A stretch of 64,000 bases of DNA from Octopus vulgaris (lineage: Eukaryota): the NCBI GenBank assembly GCA_951406725.2, contig OX597823.1, positions 32,798,001 through 32,862,000 on the forward strand. Reading direction: 5' to 3'. Every line of letters begins with the position of its first letter. The first letter of the stretch is position 1. Under the pieces are notes generated by a model. That model was not told the origin of the DNA. It searched no databases and saw only the letters and a program-made list of their open reading frames with translations. Position numbers and translations under genes: made by a program. Below, piece by piece: positions 12,266 through 26,078 of the stretch.

Positions 12266-13931
12266 TTAAACAAGAAGAAAAAAACACAAAAACAAAACAC
12301 TTAGCATAGACCGGGCTCTGTACTTCAAATTGCTATATCAGCATGAATAGAGTTAAATGAAAGTTTATGCCAAATGAGTATCAATGATAAAATTTAACAA
12401 GAAAAGAGAAAAATGTTTTTCTTTAACCTAATATTTATGCAGATGCAGCATGGAATTTTGTTAGTGAACAAGTCATGGTCTCAAAGCAACGAAAATATTT
12501 TGGCAAATTAAATTTAAATGTTGAAGTGAATCTAACGGTTTTTGCGTGTTTTAAATGGCTTATAAACACCTTCCATGCTGCAATTGTTAAATATTTATAT
12601 TATTCTGGGTTTTTCTGTTACAAAATACCAACTCATTATGTCCTATGAAAAGGAATCAAAACTACTTGAAACTGTATCAAGACATTGTTTTGTTGCTTTA
12701 AACGAAGCCCAGCCAGTTCAACTCTACTCATCTCACAGGGCCAGTGAAAGAGTGCCTCTACATGGCCATTGAACCAGCTAGAAATAGCAGCCTTAAATCA
12801 TACCTTATTGTCTTCAAGTGGTATGATACCTAAGATAGAGGAATATGTGAAAATGAGGGGTGAATCTATGCTTCAAGATACTGAAGCCTGAAAGAAATGA
12901 TGACAAAATCTGAGAGGAGTGATACTATGTGGTATAACAGACCTATCAAACTCATACCTGTTTAGGAAAAGTGGAGCTGAAATCAGTGAAAATATTTCAA
13001 CCTTTTGACAGCTGTGCTTCACTGAGTACAGGGACAGCTAAGTTTGCTTCTGAACCACGTAGTTCCAAGTTCAATCTCACTATCTGGCATCTTGGGTAAA
13101 TGTCTTAATACTGTAGTTTCCAATTTCCAAGTAGGAAATTGTGCAGAAGCTATAGCTGTTGTGTTGTGTGGTTTGTTGGTACCAGTGTGTCCCTTTGTGG
13201 TGAAAGGTAACTTAATAATTTGACAGAGAGATACAGAATAGATATCAATCTGAAATATGTTCTGAGATCAATATGAACCATTAACATTCTTGAAGTTGAT
13301 GTTCCAGCGTGGTCGTAGTTCAATGACCAAAACCTATAAAATATTGAAAGAATGAATGAAGAGGTTAAAATATACTTAGTAAACCGAAGGTCTTGGTGAA
13401 ACATTCACTTTACAAAATTAAAGTAGGCAGGAGATTTTGTTTTATATCACAGTAATTAATGATGTCTACTGATTAACACATTTTTATATCAATCTCTAAA
13501 AGACTACACCTGTTTCTATAATACAAACTTCTTGTTTCAAAGTGTTCTAAATTGAACCTTCCTTCAAAATTCCATATTAATATACATTCCAAACACCAGC
13601 TTAATAACAATAAAGTTCATCCTCATTTAACATCCATGTTTCATGCTAGTATAGTTAGGTAGTTTGTCAGGGTTCGACTGGTCAAAGGACTGTTTCGAGC
13701 ACCAGTGTCTGTTTTGATAAGGGTTTCTATGGAAGCCCTTCCTGAATGCCAGCCACTTTACCAAGTGTAATGTTATTTTACTAAATTCTTCAGTATTTTT
13801 CAAAATTAAAACAAAGGCAGCACTTTTCAACCAAAGTATGGTAGCAGAAGAGGATTGAATGTGTGTTAGTTACCAAAATATGTTTTATATGTCTTTTCTT
13901 TAATTATGTGTCTTGTTTTCTCCTTTCAAAG

Positions 13932-14087
13932 GCTTCATAACAAAGGAGTCTACATAAAAATGGGATTACGGAAAATGGTAAACAAAAAAGCTTGCAAAGA
14001 TTTGCACCGTTGCATCAAGTTAGAAGTCGATGGCAAATTAATTGACCTTCCACCTGTAGAGGGTATCATCATTCTAAACATTCTTAG
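13932..14087 (+). CDS. DGKQ: DGK-theta-like exon
   Basis: cctttcaaag|G CTT…CTT AG|gtaaga. Encodes LHNKGVYIKMGLRKM…LEVDGKLIDLPPVEGIIILNIL(S). 156 bp, phases 2/2. Confidence 0.95.
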
Positions 14088-14334
14088 GTAAGAGACCATT
14101 CTTATTGTTGTTCTTGCTACTGTTGTTGCTGTTGCAGGTCTTAGCCAGAGAGCACATGTAACAACATATTGGACATTTCACTATGGCTGTTATTTATAAT
14201 AAGCAATGATATATTCTAAAGAAAGGAAACCAGACTTAGAGAACTAAGATTCTGTTAAATTTGTAACATTTCAGTTTTGAAAAAGTTTTAAGAGAATTGA
14301 GTATTTATTATTATTATCATTATTTTTATTATTA

Positions 14335-14494
14335 TTCAAATTCTGCCGAAGTTGACTTTGCCTTTCATCTTTTCAGGGTCAATTAAATGAGTACCAGTTA
14401 TGCACTGGGGCTGATCTAATTAACTATCCCCTTCCCCAAAAATTTTCATGGCACTGTGCCTAGAGTAGAAATAATAATAATAATAATAATAATA

Positions 14495-14550
<56 letters not shown>

Positions 14551-15625
14551 TACTACTGGTGGCAAACTGGCGGAATCGTTAGCATGCTGAGTGGAATGCT
14601 TAGCAGTATTTCGTCTGTCCTTGCATTCAGAGTTCAAATTCCACTGAGGTCAACTTTGCTTTTCATCCTTTCAGGGTCAATAAATTAAGTACCAGTTGTG
14701 TACTGGGGGTTGATTTAATCAATTTAACCCCTCACCCAAAATTCCATCCCTTGTGCCTTTAGTAGAAAGGATTATCATTATTAAGGCAGCAAGCTGGCAG
14801 AAGCGTTAGCCCGCCTGGCAAAATGCTTAGTGCTATTTTGTCTGCCATTACGTTCTGAGTTCAAATTCCGCCGAGGTCGACTTTGCCCTTCATCCTTTCG
14901 GGGTTGATAAATTAAACACCAGTTACACACTAGGATCGATGTAATTGACTTAATCCCTTTGTCTGTCCTTGTTTGTCCCCTCTATGTATAGCCCCTTATG
15001 GGCAATAAAGAAATAAGAATTGTTAGCACACCAGGCCAAATGCTTAGTGGCATCTTGCTTATCTTTACATTTCTGAGTTCAAATTCCATCAAGGTTGACT
15101 TTGCCTTTCATCCTTTCAGGATCAATGAAATAATTACCGGTTGAGAAGTGGGGTCAATGTAATTGACCTAACCCCTTCCCCAAACATTTCAGGCCTTGTA
15201 CCTATTGTTGAAAAGATTATTATTATTCTTATTATCATTATTATTATTATTATTATTATTATTCTACCAAGGTCAACTTTTCCTTTCATCCTTTTGGGGT
15301 CAATAAAAATAAGAACCAGTTGGGCACTGGGGTCAATGTAATCGACTCATACTCTCCCCCAAAACTGTTGCCCTTGTGGCAAAATTTGAAACCATTATTA
15401 TTATTATTATTATTATTATGATTATTATTATTTTTGAGTTGAAATCCCACTGAGATCAACTTTCTTTCATTCTTTCAAGAGTTGATAAAATAAAGTACCA
15501 GTCAAGTACCTTTCAAGAGTTGATAAAATAAATTGCCAGTCAAGTACCATTGGAGTCCACGTAATTGACTGACCCACCCCCACCCCATTTAAAACTGCTG
15601 GCCTTGTCCCAAAATTTGAAATAAT
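14335..15625 (+). mobile_element. Head-to-tail chain of about 6 family-B SINEs separated mostly by (TTA)n
   Basis: Repeated …gagttcaaattc…gactttgcctttcatcctttc…ggggtcaataaa…agtaccagtt…, starting at about 14335, 14557, 14784, 15018, 15262 and 15435. Confidence 0.85.
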
Positions 15626-16130
15626 TGTTACTGTTGTTGTTATTGTTTAACACTTTAGCATTTAAACAGGCCATTTCTATTCCAAATATTCTACAATCTC
15701 ATTCCAAAAATAAGCAATCACATCATTGAAATCTCAAAGCTATAAGATAATCCATGATTGATTCGAAACAATTTCTGTTTTATTAGATAAGTGACTGTGT
15801 GTCACTTTGAAAACTATATATTTCAAACAATAATTTAGCAACGCCATCTCTAGCTGAACAGTTATTCCCTGCTGATAAAGGGAAATAACCCAGAAATCGT
15901 GATACACAGATATTTTGTACTGAGTGGGGATGCTAAACTCCCTTGTTTGAAAATATAAGGACAGATTGTGTGTCATATAGCCAGCTGGAGATGATGTTTT
16001 CTGGGGTTAAATAACTATAACATTCAACTGCCACATTATGTTGGCAAATAATCTAATGTAAATCACATTCGACAGAATAATCTGAATGCTAAAGAAAAAT
16101 AATTTTAACTTTTCTTCATTGATATTTCAG

Positions 16131-16296
16131 TTGGGGCTCTGGAGCTAATCCATGGGGCCCTGAAAAAGAAGATTCTTTTAACAAACCCACCCACTATGAT
16201 GGCATGTTGGAAGTTGTTGGTGTGACAGGTGTGGTACATATGGGTCAGATACAGAGTGGACTACGCAATGGCATCAGAATTGCTCAGGGCGGACAT
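16131..16296 (+). CDS. DGKQ: DGK-theta-like exon
   Basis: atttcag|T TGG…GGA CAT|gtaagt. Encodes WGSGANPWGPEKED…DGMLEVVGVTGVVHMGQIQSGLRNGIRIAQGGH. 166 bp, phases 2/0. Confidence 0.95.
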
Positions 16297-16546
16297 GTAA
16301 GTTCTTGGATTTGTCTACCTGCACTTACATACACATATAAATGTATTCATGCACACACTTGTTACCACATTGACACACATACACATCTAAGATTATTCTA
16401 AATATATATATATATGTTTGTGTTTAATATTCACAAGCATAGCCAAAGACAAGAAGATGAATAGAATCTACCACACTCTCAGTCACTCTCTCTTTCTTTC
16501 TTTATATATTTGTATGTGTGTGTGTGTGTGTATATATATATATACA

Positions 16547-16596
<50 letters not shown>

Positions 16597-16597
<1 letters not shown>

Positions 16598-19459
16598 TAA
16601 CTTCAGGAAACCTGCCAGTCACCTGTTCACCTACCAACCTGGTGGGTACACTAGTCAGATTGACTATATTCACACCAGTAAACAAGAAAGATAGCTACTT
16701 ATAAATGCCAAAGCTTCCTTAAGTGAAGAATGCACCCCACAACATAGGTTAGTAGTTACCAACTTCAGGATAAGGGCTAAATGGTTGCCCAGAAGACAAC
16801 CAGCATGGACAGAGATTTAGAGACGTATTACTTGAAGTTTTTGATGAAAAAGAGGAGGATATAGCATTACATAATGTGGAAGACAAATAGACGTTCCTAT
16901 GGGACAATCTGTTGAGGGTTACTGTGGCTGGTGCAAAGTCCCCTCTTGACCTAACGTAACATGGTGGTGGAACAATGTAGTTGACAGGACCATTAGGAAA
17001 AAGAAACAAGCATGGAAGGACTGGAAGTGTGGTGGTAGCAGGGTACTGTATCAGAACGCCAGAAGGGAAGCTAGGAGACAGGTTTACTTAACCACAGGGG
17101 AAGCAGATAAGAAAAAATTTGCCAATGTTCTGCATCATTATGACCAGAGACTTGAAATGTTTCAAATTGCAAGACCGGGTGTGAGAGAGAATTGCGATGT
17201 CATGGGAGAGAAATGTGTCCACATGGATGATGGCTCACTTGCATTTAATGATGCTGCAAAGAGAGAGACTTGGAGATGCCACTATCAAAGGTTGCTAAAT
17301 CAAGAGAATGAATGGGAGAAAGAGAGTCTGCCAAATGTTGACCCAACAGAGAGACCAGCTATTCAAATTGACAGTACTTTAGTAGATAAAGCAATTAAGA
17401 GTATGAAGACAGGGAAAGCCCCCGGCCCATCAGGAATCACTGCTGAGACGCTTAAAATATCTCATGATGTGGGCTATAGTCTAGTCACACATATGGTTAA
17501 ACAGGTGATATACGAAGGAGTCATACCCAATGACTGGTGTAGCAGCACCATAGTCAACTGCTACAGAGGTAAAGGTGATGCATTAGATAGAAATAATTAC
17601 AGAGGTATCAAGTTATAGATCAGGTGATGAAAGTCAGAGAGGGTCATAGCCCAACTAATTAGGGAGAGAGTTAGTTTAGATGAGATGCAGTTTGGGTTTG
17701 TACCAGAGAGAAGCACCACTGATGCTATATTTCTGGTAAGATAGCTGCAGAAGAAGTTCCTAGCCAAAGATAAATCTCTGTCCTTGGCTTTTGTTGACCT
17801 GAAGAAAGTCTTAGACAGGGTTCCCCATTCCCTTATTTGGTGGTCAATGAGGAAACTAGGGCTAGATGAATGGTTGGTGAGAGCTTCACAAGCCATGTAC
17901 AGAGATACTGTCAGTAAGGTAAGGGTTGGAAACAAGTATAGCGAAGAATTCCTGATAGAAATTGGGGTTCACCAAAGATCAGTCCTCAGCCCCCTCTTGT
18001 TCATCATAGTCCTCCAGGTAATAACAGAGGAATTCAAGACAGGCTACCCCTGGGAGCTCCTGTATGCTGATGACCTTACTCTAATAGCTGAGTCACTACC
18101 AGAACTAGAGAAGAAGTTTCAGGTGTGGAAGCAAGGTCTAGAGTCAAAGGGCCTGAGAGTTAACCTAGCAAAAACCAAAGTTTTAGTAAGTAGGAAGCAG
18201 AATAAATCACAAATCCCTTCAGGTAGATGGCTGTGCTCAATCTGTACAAACTCCATAAGATGTACTCAGTGTAAGCCTTAGACATATAAGAGGTGCAGCA
18301 ATATCAAAGGATGGTTAACTGGGGAGATAGATTTAGTGTGTGGCAAATGCTCAGGGGCAATAAACACTGAAAATGTACAGAAAACAGATTCCATCACATT
18401 CCAGAGGGAAAAACTAGAAGTAGTTGATAGCTTCCACTACATAGGTGACCAAGTCAGTAGTTGGGGTAGATGAGAGAATAGCTGCTAGAATAAGAATAGC
18501 CTGGGCAAAATTCAGAGAGCTCCTCCTCTGCTGGTAACAAAGGGCCTCTCAGTCAGAGTGAAAGGTAGACTGGTGCCTGTACGAGAAAAATCATGCTACA
18601 CAGCAGTGAAACATGGGCTGTGACTGCTGAGGACATGTTGACTTGAAAAAAATGAAGCTAGTATGCTCTGCTGGATGTGTAATATCAGTGTGCATACATG
18701 ACAGAGTGTAAGCGCCCTGAGAGAAAAGTTGGACATATGAAGCATCAGATATAGTGTACAAAAGAGATGACTGTGCTGGAATGGTCATGTGATGTGTATG
18801 GATAAAGACAGCTGTGTGAAGAAGTGTCACACGCTAACAGAGGAGGGAACCTGTGGAAGAGGTAGACCCAGGAATACATGGGATGAGGTGGTGAAGCACA
18901 ATCTTTAAATGTGGGGCTTCACAAAGGCAATGACAAGTGACCGACCTTTAGAGATATGCTGTACTTAAGAAGACCCAGCAAGCCAAGTAAGATCATAGTC
19001 GTGGCCAATGTCACTGTCACATAACTGGCCCATTTAAAAGCACCCTTCAATCGCCAGGCGATATGCTGTGTTTGTGAAGACCTATTGAACCAAGTGAAAT
19101 CGTAGTTGTGGCTAATGCCAGTGCCACCAGACTGGCACCCATGCCAGTGGCATGTAAAAAGCACCATTTGAGCATGGCCAGTGCCACTAGTCTGGCACCT
19201 GTGTCAGTGGCACGTAAAAAACACCATTCAAGTGTGACCAATGCCAATGCCACCTAACTGGCACTCATGCTGGTGGCATGTAAAAAGCACCCACTACACT
19301 CTCAGAGTGGTTGGCATTAGGAAGGATATTCAGCTGTAGAAACCTTGCCAAATCAGATTGGAGCCTGGTGCAGCTTCCTTGCTTGCCAGTCCCCAGTCAA
19401 ACCATCCAACCCATGCCAGCATGGAAAGCAAACATTAAATGATGGCAACGATGATGATG

Positions 19460-19461
<2 letters not shown>
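16597..19461 (+). mobile_element. 5'-truncated, inactivated RTE-clade LINE (end of APE endonuclease, RT and 3'UTR)
   Basis: TNFRKPASHLFTY…SQIDY; KTGKAPGPSGI; NYRGIKL; AFVDLKK..DRVP; GVHQRSVLSPLLF; LLYADDL; RIAWAKFREL; LRWYGHV-like motif; tandem 3'UTR units; (GAT)n tail. Multiple stops and frameshifts. Flanked by (TA)n on both sides. Confidence 0.92.
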
Positions 19462-19535
<74 letters not shown>

Positions 19536-19539
<4 letters not shown>

Positions 19540-19778
19540 TAACATCTGTTTTCCACACTGGCATGGGTTGGATGGTTTGACTGAGGTCTGGAGAACCAGC
19601 AGCTGCACCAAGCTCCAATCTAATCAGGTAACGCTTCTACAGCTGGATGCCCTTCCTAATGCCAACCATTCCGAGAGTGTAGTGGGTGCTTTTTATGTGC
19701 CACTGGCATGGGAGCCAGTCAGAGGGTACTGGCATCAGCCACATTCAGATGGTGCTTTTTATATGCCACCGACATGAC
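19536..19778 (-). mobile_element. Inverted RTE 3' end, tail-to-tail with the preceding LINE
   Basis: Reverse complement of ~19200-19440. Confidence 0.85.
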
Positions 19779-20471
19779 GTATATATAAAAGTGCAGGCAT
19801 GCCTGAATGGTTAAGAAGCTTGTTTTACAACCATATAGTTTCAGGGTCAATCTCAGTGTGTGTTATCTTGGGAATATGTCTTCTGTTATTGCCTAAGGCT
19901 GATCAATGCCCAGTAAGGGAAATTTGGGTCTGAATGGCTACTACATATATACAGAAAGACCAAGGAAGACTGAGTCAGAAGAAGTGAAAGCTGATCTCAT
20001 TTCTTCTATGGCAGGATGCTTTTCCTCTCTAATTTACAGAGAGTTTTGGATGCCTTCCTTTTTAAGCACCAATACTTGTGAGGTTGTCTTGTGTAAGACA
20101 AAAATGTCGTCCTCACAATTATATGCTCTGCTGTGTCTGTTCACTCTGTGCAGTGTGAACAGAAAGGTGAATGACAGATAATAATGATAGGAGAAATTAA
20201 GTTTTGTGAGTGAAGGAAACCAGTGTATGATGGCAGTGGCAGAGAGGGTGTGGGGGGGGGGGAGGAGAGAAGAAACGTCAAGTGTCAGAATAGAAAAGAT
20301 GATGGTTGGGTGTATGGAGTGCAAGGTGGTAGATTCTTCATCCACATGTTCCATTCATTTTGAGCAGTCTACAATTCTTTATGCAGACTATCCATAACAG
20401 CAGCCTTCTCTCTTACACACGCACACACATTCATATATATACATATATATATACATATATCTATCTATCTA

Positions 20472-20516
<45 letters not shown>

Positions 20517-20596
20517 ATATATATATTTTTTTCCTTTTACTTACTCATTATCTGGATGTTAAACTCACCATAACCCACATATGCATACATAATCAA

Positions 20597-20693
<97 letters not shown>

Positions 20694-20767
20694 CCAAAAA
20701 AGACATCAAAATACAATAAAAACAAACCATTTTCTAGTTTGATGATTCAGAATTCTTTCTATTTCAG

Positions 20768-20866
20768 TTAAGAATTACACTTTTAACAGATCTACCTGTA
20801 CAGGTAGATGGGGAACCTTGGATTCAACCTGCTGGCCAAGTTATGGTCTTACGCTCAGCACTCAAG
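20768..20866 (+). CDS. DGKQ: DGK-theta-like exon
   Basis: atttcag|TTA…CTC AAG|gtaatt. Encodes LRITLLTDLPVQVDGEPWIQPAGQVMVLRSALK, with the PVQVDGEPW motif. 99 bp, phases 0/0. Absent from the ORF track. Confidence 0.95.
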
Positions 20867-23800
20867 GTAATTAACTTCCTTCTAATTAATTAGACTTATG
20901 CTACCTCCATCCAGGGAGGCCTCAAAAGTATCCTGCAATGAACAGCAACCTGGACTCATTCACCAACAGAAAGATACAGTTGCTACATATAGCTTTCAAT
21001 TGAAGAGTCATGGCTAAGGAGATTCTTGCCAAGAAATCACTAGAAAATCTGGCCATAAATTGTATGGTCAGTTTGTACCTACAGGCTGTGATGCATGAAA
21101 GTAACCTCTGTGTAATTCATGGGTGTTCTGCATGCTTTTGGGTTGTTGCTGTTTTTCCTTTTTGCAATAGTTTGGTCAGGAAGAAGGAATTCTGTACTCC
21201 AAGATCATAAAGATCAACAAGGTTATTGTTCCCCATGGACTTTTTTTTTTTAAAGCTCATATCTGACAAGGAAAATATATGCAGGAAGAGAATTCCAGAA
21301 GGTTGACACTTTGTGACGAGTGTGTAGCCTTGAGTCTCATAACAGCAAAGAAAGCATTATTTATATCATTGCATCATGCCCTCACTGAACTCAAGCCCTC
21401 ACCATTATTCCAAATAATTGGAGACACTATCATCAAGGATCCATTTGGTGAAAGTACAACTTTAGCATAGCAAGAACTGCGTACCAAAGACTCACCCGTG
21501 TCTTCACAGCCAGAAAATATTTCAACCTCCAACAGCTACTGACACTCTACAAGGTTCAAGTGAGGCTCATAATAGAGTACATCTCCCATGAGTGGCACAA
21601 TGCCATTGCTATTCACACACATATTCAGGGCCACATGCTAACACGGGCTATTCAACTAAGTGGTATTCAAGCTCTAACAGACATGTTCCAGTTAATGGCC
21701 TACTGCCACATTGTCTTCTCTCTCTGTTTTTTCTGTCACTACTATAATGGCCTCTGTTCCTCTTTTCTGGCTGGTCCATCACTCAGGCACCCACTTATTT
21801 TTCTGTTTCTTGTCACCTCCAGTATCTCTAGTCCTTTTGGCCCCACACAGACCATTATGTCAATCCGTTCTCCCCAGAACATCAACTTTCCGAAATCTTC
21901 TACCTGCATAAAGCTTTCTTGCAGATGTTGACTGGCAACAGTTTTAAAAAGAAACATCAAGAATAACAAGCTCACTGCCTTTGGAGAACTTGCAAAAAAC
22001 ATGGACAATGTCCATTCTTCCTGACTCAACCATTAAAAAACAAAAGAGAAGTGATGTTGTTAAAGGAAATACAAATAATCTTTATTGAAATCTTTCATAC
22101 TTTACACTTTTGTTTTTCTTATTCCGGTACTCTTTCTCATATCTAAGGGCCCTTTATTTCTCAGGGTTAACCATATAATTGTCTGTATGTGCAAGCCTGG
22201 GTGAGGTCTTTGTGTATGTATGTAAGACACGCACATCTCTCCTCACTAAACATGAGCCCTCGCAATCTCTCCAAACGCTGGGTTTCACTATCACAAAGGA
22301 TCTTTCCTCGCAAAAGCACATCCTCAGTATAGCTAGGACTGCATCTTAAAGACTGGGCCTTCCCTTCAGGGTTAGAAATATTTCACTCCTTATCCATTGC
22401 TGACAGTTTACAAGGCTCAGGTGAGACCCATGAGAGCATACAGCCCCAACATCTTGGATGTTGCTGCTGTTACTTTGTAATGATATAGCTTGATACCAGT
22501 GCCATTCTAGGTGTTACTGTCAGCACCAGAACGACTACTGCAAAGCATCTCATCGAATGATTTCACAGTTCTGCCAATCCACAGCCCTGGATTGCTACTT
22601 CCCTCCATTATTAGTTATTTCATTTAAAGATAGATAAAGGGTTTTGTATTGAAATCCACGTGAAATTTCCTAAATTGAAATTTCCTTCATTGTTGGAGAA
22701 GAAAAGCAAAAAGTTAATTGTTAGCATCTTTCAACATCTCTCAAACAAAATCTTGGATCTTCTTTAACCTGTTTGAGTCATTGGGCTGCAGCCTTGTTGG
22801 GGCACCGCCTTGAGAGGATTTTTTCAAACAAATTAACTTAGTTTAAGTCTGCTATTTATTCTATCAATCTTTTTTTGCCAAACTGATATGTTACAGAGAC
22901 ATAAACCAACACCAGTTATCAAGCTGTGTGTGTGTGAGTGATGGGCTTCCACATTGTTTTCATTTGCCAAATTCTCTCACAAGGCATTGATGAGTTCAAG
23001 TTGAAATAGAAAACACTTGCCCAAGGCTGCTGTACAATGGGACTGAACCCAACATCACACAGCTATGCCTGCACCTACAAAGTCAGTGTTAGTATAGTTG
23101 GTTTATGAAGCCTGCCTGCCTGGTCGGTTGACAGATTTTCTTTCATAGAAAAAGATTTAGGAATAATTTTTGGCTGGTATAAGTTGCCTAATTAAAGATA
23201 AATTGAGCTGAGGGAAATAATTCAAATGAGCCAATGACATAAATTTAGGTAATTAAGGGTGATGTATTGTATGCTGTACATAGGAATTATTACCCAAGGG
23301 AAATAAAACTGTCTTAATACTGTTCCCTTTCACTCTAAATACTGTGTATTTAGTAGCTTATTAATGAATTCACTAATTGTGTCTGTCAAGTTAATTATCT
23401 TACGCCTCATTAATGCTTGAACAAAACACTTTATAGTGTCAACTTAACTTAATTTTTCTCATTTGTCTTTGTCTTAAACAATACATATTTCTTATTTCAT
23501 TTTACCATTTTTTTTTTCAAAAATAAAAATTCTGCAGTGACAGCCATTTCAGAGAGAACACAATTATTCATTTACTCTGCATATTTTTTAATATTTATAT
23601 ATATGCTGTGTGATTAAGAAGCTTGCTTTCCAACTATGTGGTCATGGGTTCAATTCCATTACACAGTACCTTAGGCAAATGTCTTCTGCTATAGCCCTGA
23701 GCCAATTGAAGCCTTGTGAGTGGATTTGGCAGGTGGAAACCATCATGCAAGTGATGTTGTTCATTTCCTGTCTTCCATGGCAATAGATGTTTGTTGGCAA

Positions 23801-26042
23801 GAAGGGCATTCAACCATAGAAAATCTGCTCAACAAATTCTGTCTGATTCATGCAAGCTTGAAAAAAGTGGGCACTAAACAATGATGATGACTGTTATAGA
23901 AAAAGAAATGGGAGCCACCAGTTTTCTATGTGCTCAATGACTGCCACACCGATTCACTGATATAGTTATGACATAGCAATCATGTCATCTGTCACCTCAA
24001 CTATCTTTACTTCAATAGTATTGATGAAAACCCTGATATATTGATCAGGAGAGAAACTCAAAAAAATACATAGTTTTTAGTAGTAATGTGTACTTACATC
24101 ACTTGGCTCTTTTTGAAGCACTTGAGGAGTGAGTTTCAGTCCTTGAGATGTTGTATCCCAGAGCAATGAGTGATCTGAGGCAGAGACAAAACGGGTCATC
24201 CTGTTCCAAGTATTTGTCATCATGATCCATTATGCTGGGCTCTAAAAGTCACCAATATATCTACCAACACTTGGAATCGTTTGACTTTTTTGTCTGTCTC
24301 AGCATATCAAGTGAATTCCAAACACTGAAATGATGTCCTTGTACATATTCTTGCAATTTTTTGATATACCAACACCTTAAGATTGGTGTACATTTAAAGA
24401 ACCATGCCAACTTGATAGGTGTTGTTGTCCAGTTTAATAATAATGTGGGACACTGGTGGCTGTTGAACTAAGCATTGTTCTATAGCTCATTAGCAGCTGC
24501 CAACTACATAAGATCTTTTTTGATTTTGTATATCTGCAGCACATATTCCAAATGTCTCATCTTTGATCCATTGCTTCTTTTTTTTTACTTTGGTTTACTT
24601 TTGACATGAAAATTAATGCATTCATCCAAAAAAAGCAGTCTATAGATAAGGCAGAATTTTTTATATTGAAAATGATCCTCTCAACTACTATAGTATGCAA
24701 TAATGAAATATGCTGGAAGAGCAGGGTTGGTCACTGGCTTTTTATAGGTAAGGTAGCCTATAACCAGCTGTTGTTGAAGCTAACATTGAATATATCTGTT
24801 AGTGTTTTCTTTATCAGTCAATCTATAGTAATGAAGTGATAGATTTCCTGTTACCTTGCAGTTGGACAAAGGGGGTGTACCAACCGACCAGTTGCTTGTC
24901 TTGGGTAGAAATCTTCCCAGGTGTGCTTCAGTCATTGATCTCTTGACAATAGCTGTGATTACAGACACACCTTACATGTCTTATATCTGGAGTTTGAGAA
25001 TAGTATCAAAGACAATGTTGGTTGATATATGTGTTGTATGTTTGTAGATGTCTTTTTTTTTTTTAATTACATCAAATATGTTTACTTCCCCCGCACCACA
25101 CACACACACATTTCTTAAAATGTAGACTTGAACATCATCATCTGAATTTGTCAGTTTAATCTTCATTCCAAGTTGCTAGCAAAAGAAAAAAAATATACCA
25201 AACTAATCCTGAAACTTAACATCATTTTAAGACTAATTACATATGGATATGATTAAATATGTAGCAGGATGTGTAGCAAAAGGTGTTGTTTATGTAGCAG
25301 ATGAAGATAGGTGTATTGAACAACATCAAAATAAAACAATGAAGAAAGCATCAGAATGTAGTCTAAATAACTTATTTGATCAACACTTGCATTTATGTGT
25401 TAGATACACAAAGCTTGCTTTACAATATCAATAAAATTACCAACTGTTTCAAGTTGGCAAAGTAAAAAAAAACAGCAGGGGAAATATTGTGTCAATGTGA
25501 TGAAGTAGTACAGGGCATGTTTTGTGTCTATGTGCATTGGTCATTTGGTTGGGCCGTGTTGTCTTTCTGTCTTGTCTGTTTGTGTTCTGCTACTGTGTTG
25601 TGTCGTTGGCCACTGCTTCCTCATGGCCTGCCATCTAGCTCTCTCTTGACTGTTTGCCTGTTGCTAGCCATATGTTTATCTGTCATGTGTCTGGCTGTAT
25701 TTATAATGGTCATCCTAGCAAGAAGAGCAGACATACCAAAGGAGTAATTTCTACATATGTAGGTTGCCTGCTGTCCAGTTGAACCTTCAGTGACACAGCT
25801 CAGGTTGAAGGGTGAATGGAAATCCATCCAGCACTTTTTGACAGGACAAAGAAATTTCTTTTGCACCTATTCGGCCATTGATGGATCAGCTGAGCAAGAA
25901 TCCTTAGATTCAGTTTCGAATCTCAGCTCGGAAAATGAAATGTTAGATTTTACAAGTATATATTTATCTGAATGTTGACTTTTACTTTTCTAATTATTGT
26001 TTTCTGAAATGTTTGTGCCAGTTGTAATCTTAATTCTGACAT

Positions 26043-26049
26043 TACTAAC
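26043..26049 (+). promoter_or_regulatory. Consensus branch point TACTAAC
   Basis: Exact TACTAAC about 30 nt upstream of the acceptor AG at 26077-26078. Confidence 0.7.
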
Positions 26050-26078
26050 ATGGAAGTTCTGTTATGTTTCAAATTTAG

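Noticed and set aside
20905-22600. Possible minus-strand LINE endonuclease relic
   Set aside because: Only faint motif similarity; I could not establish a frame or boundaries.
24100-25900. Minus-strand motifs resembling a PIF1 helicase (PIKLAW…VHQS*G), gypsy RNase H (IKKLQEYVQGHHFSVW) or a LINE C-terminus
   Set aside because: Mutually exclusive matches come from the same stretch, so this is probably over-reading. It may be an old TE, but needs a translated search.
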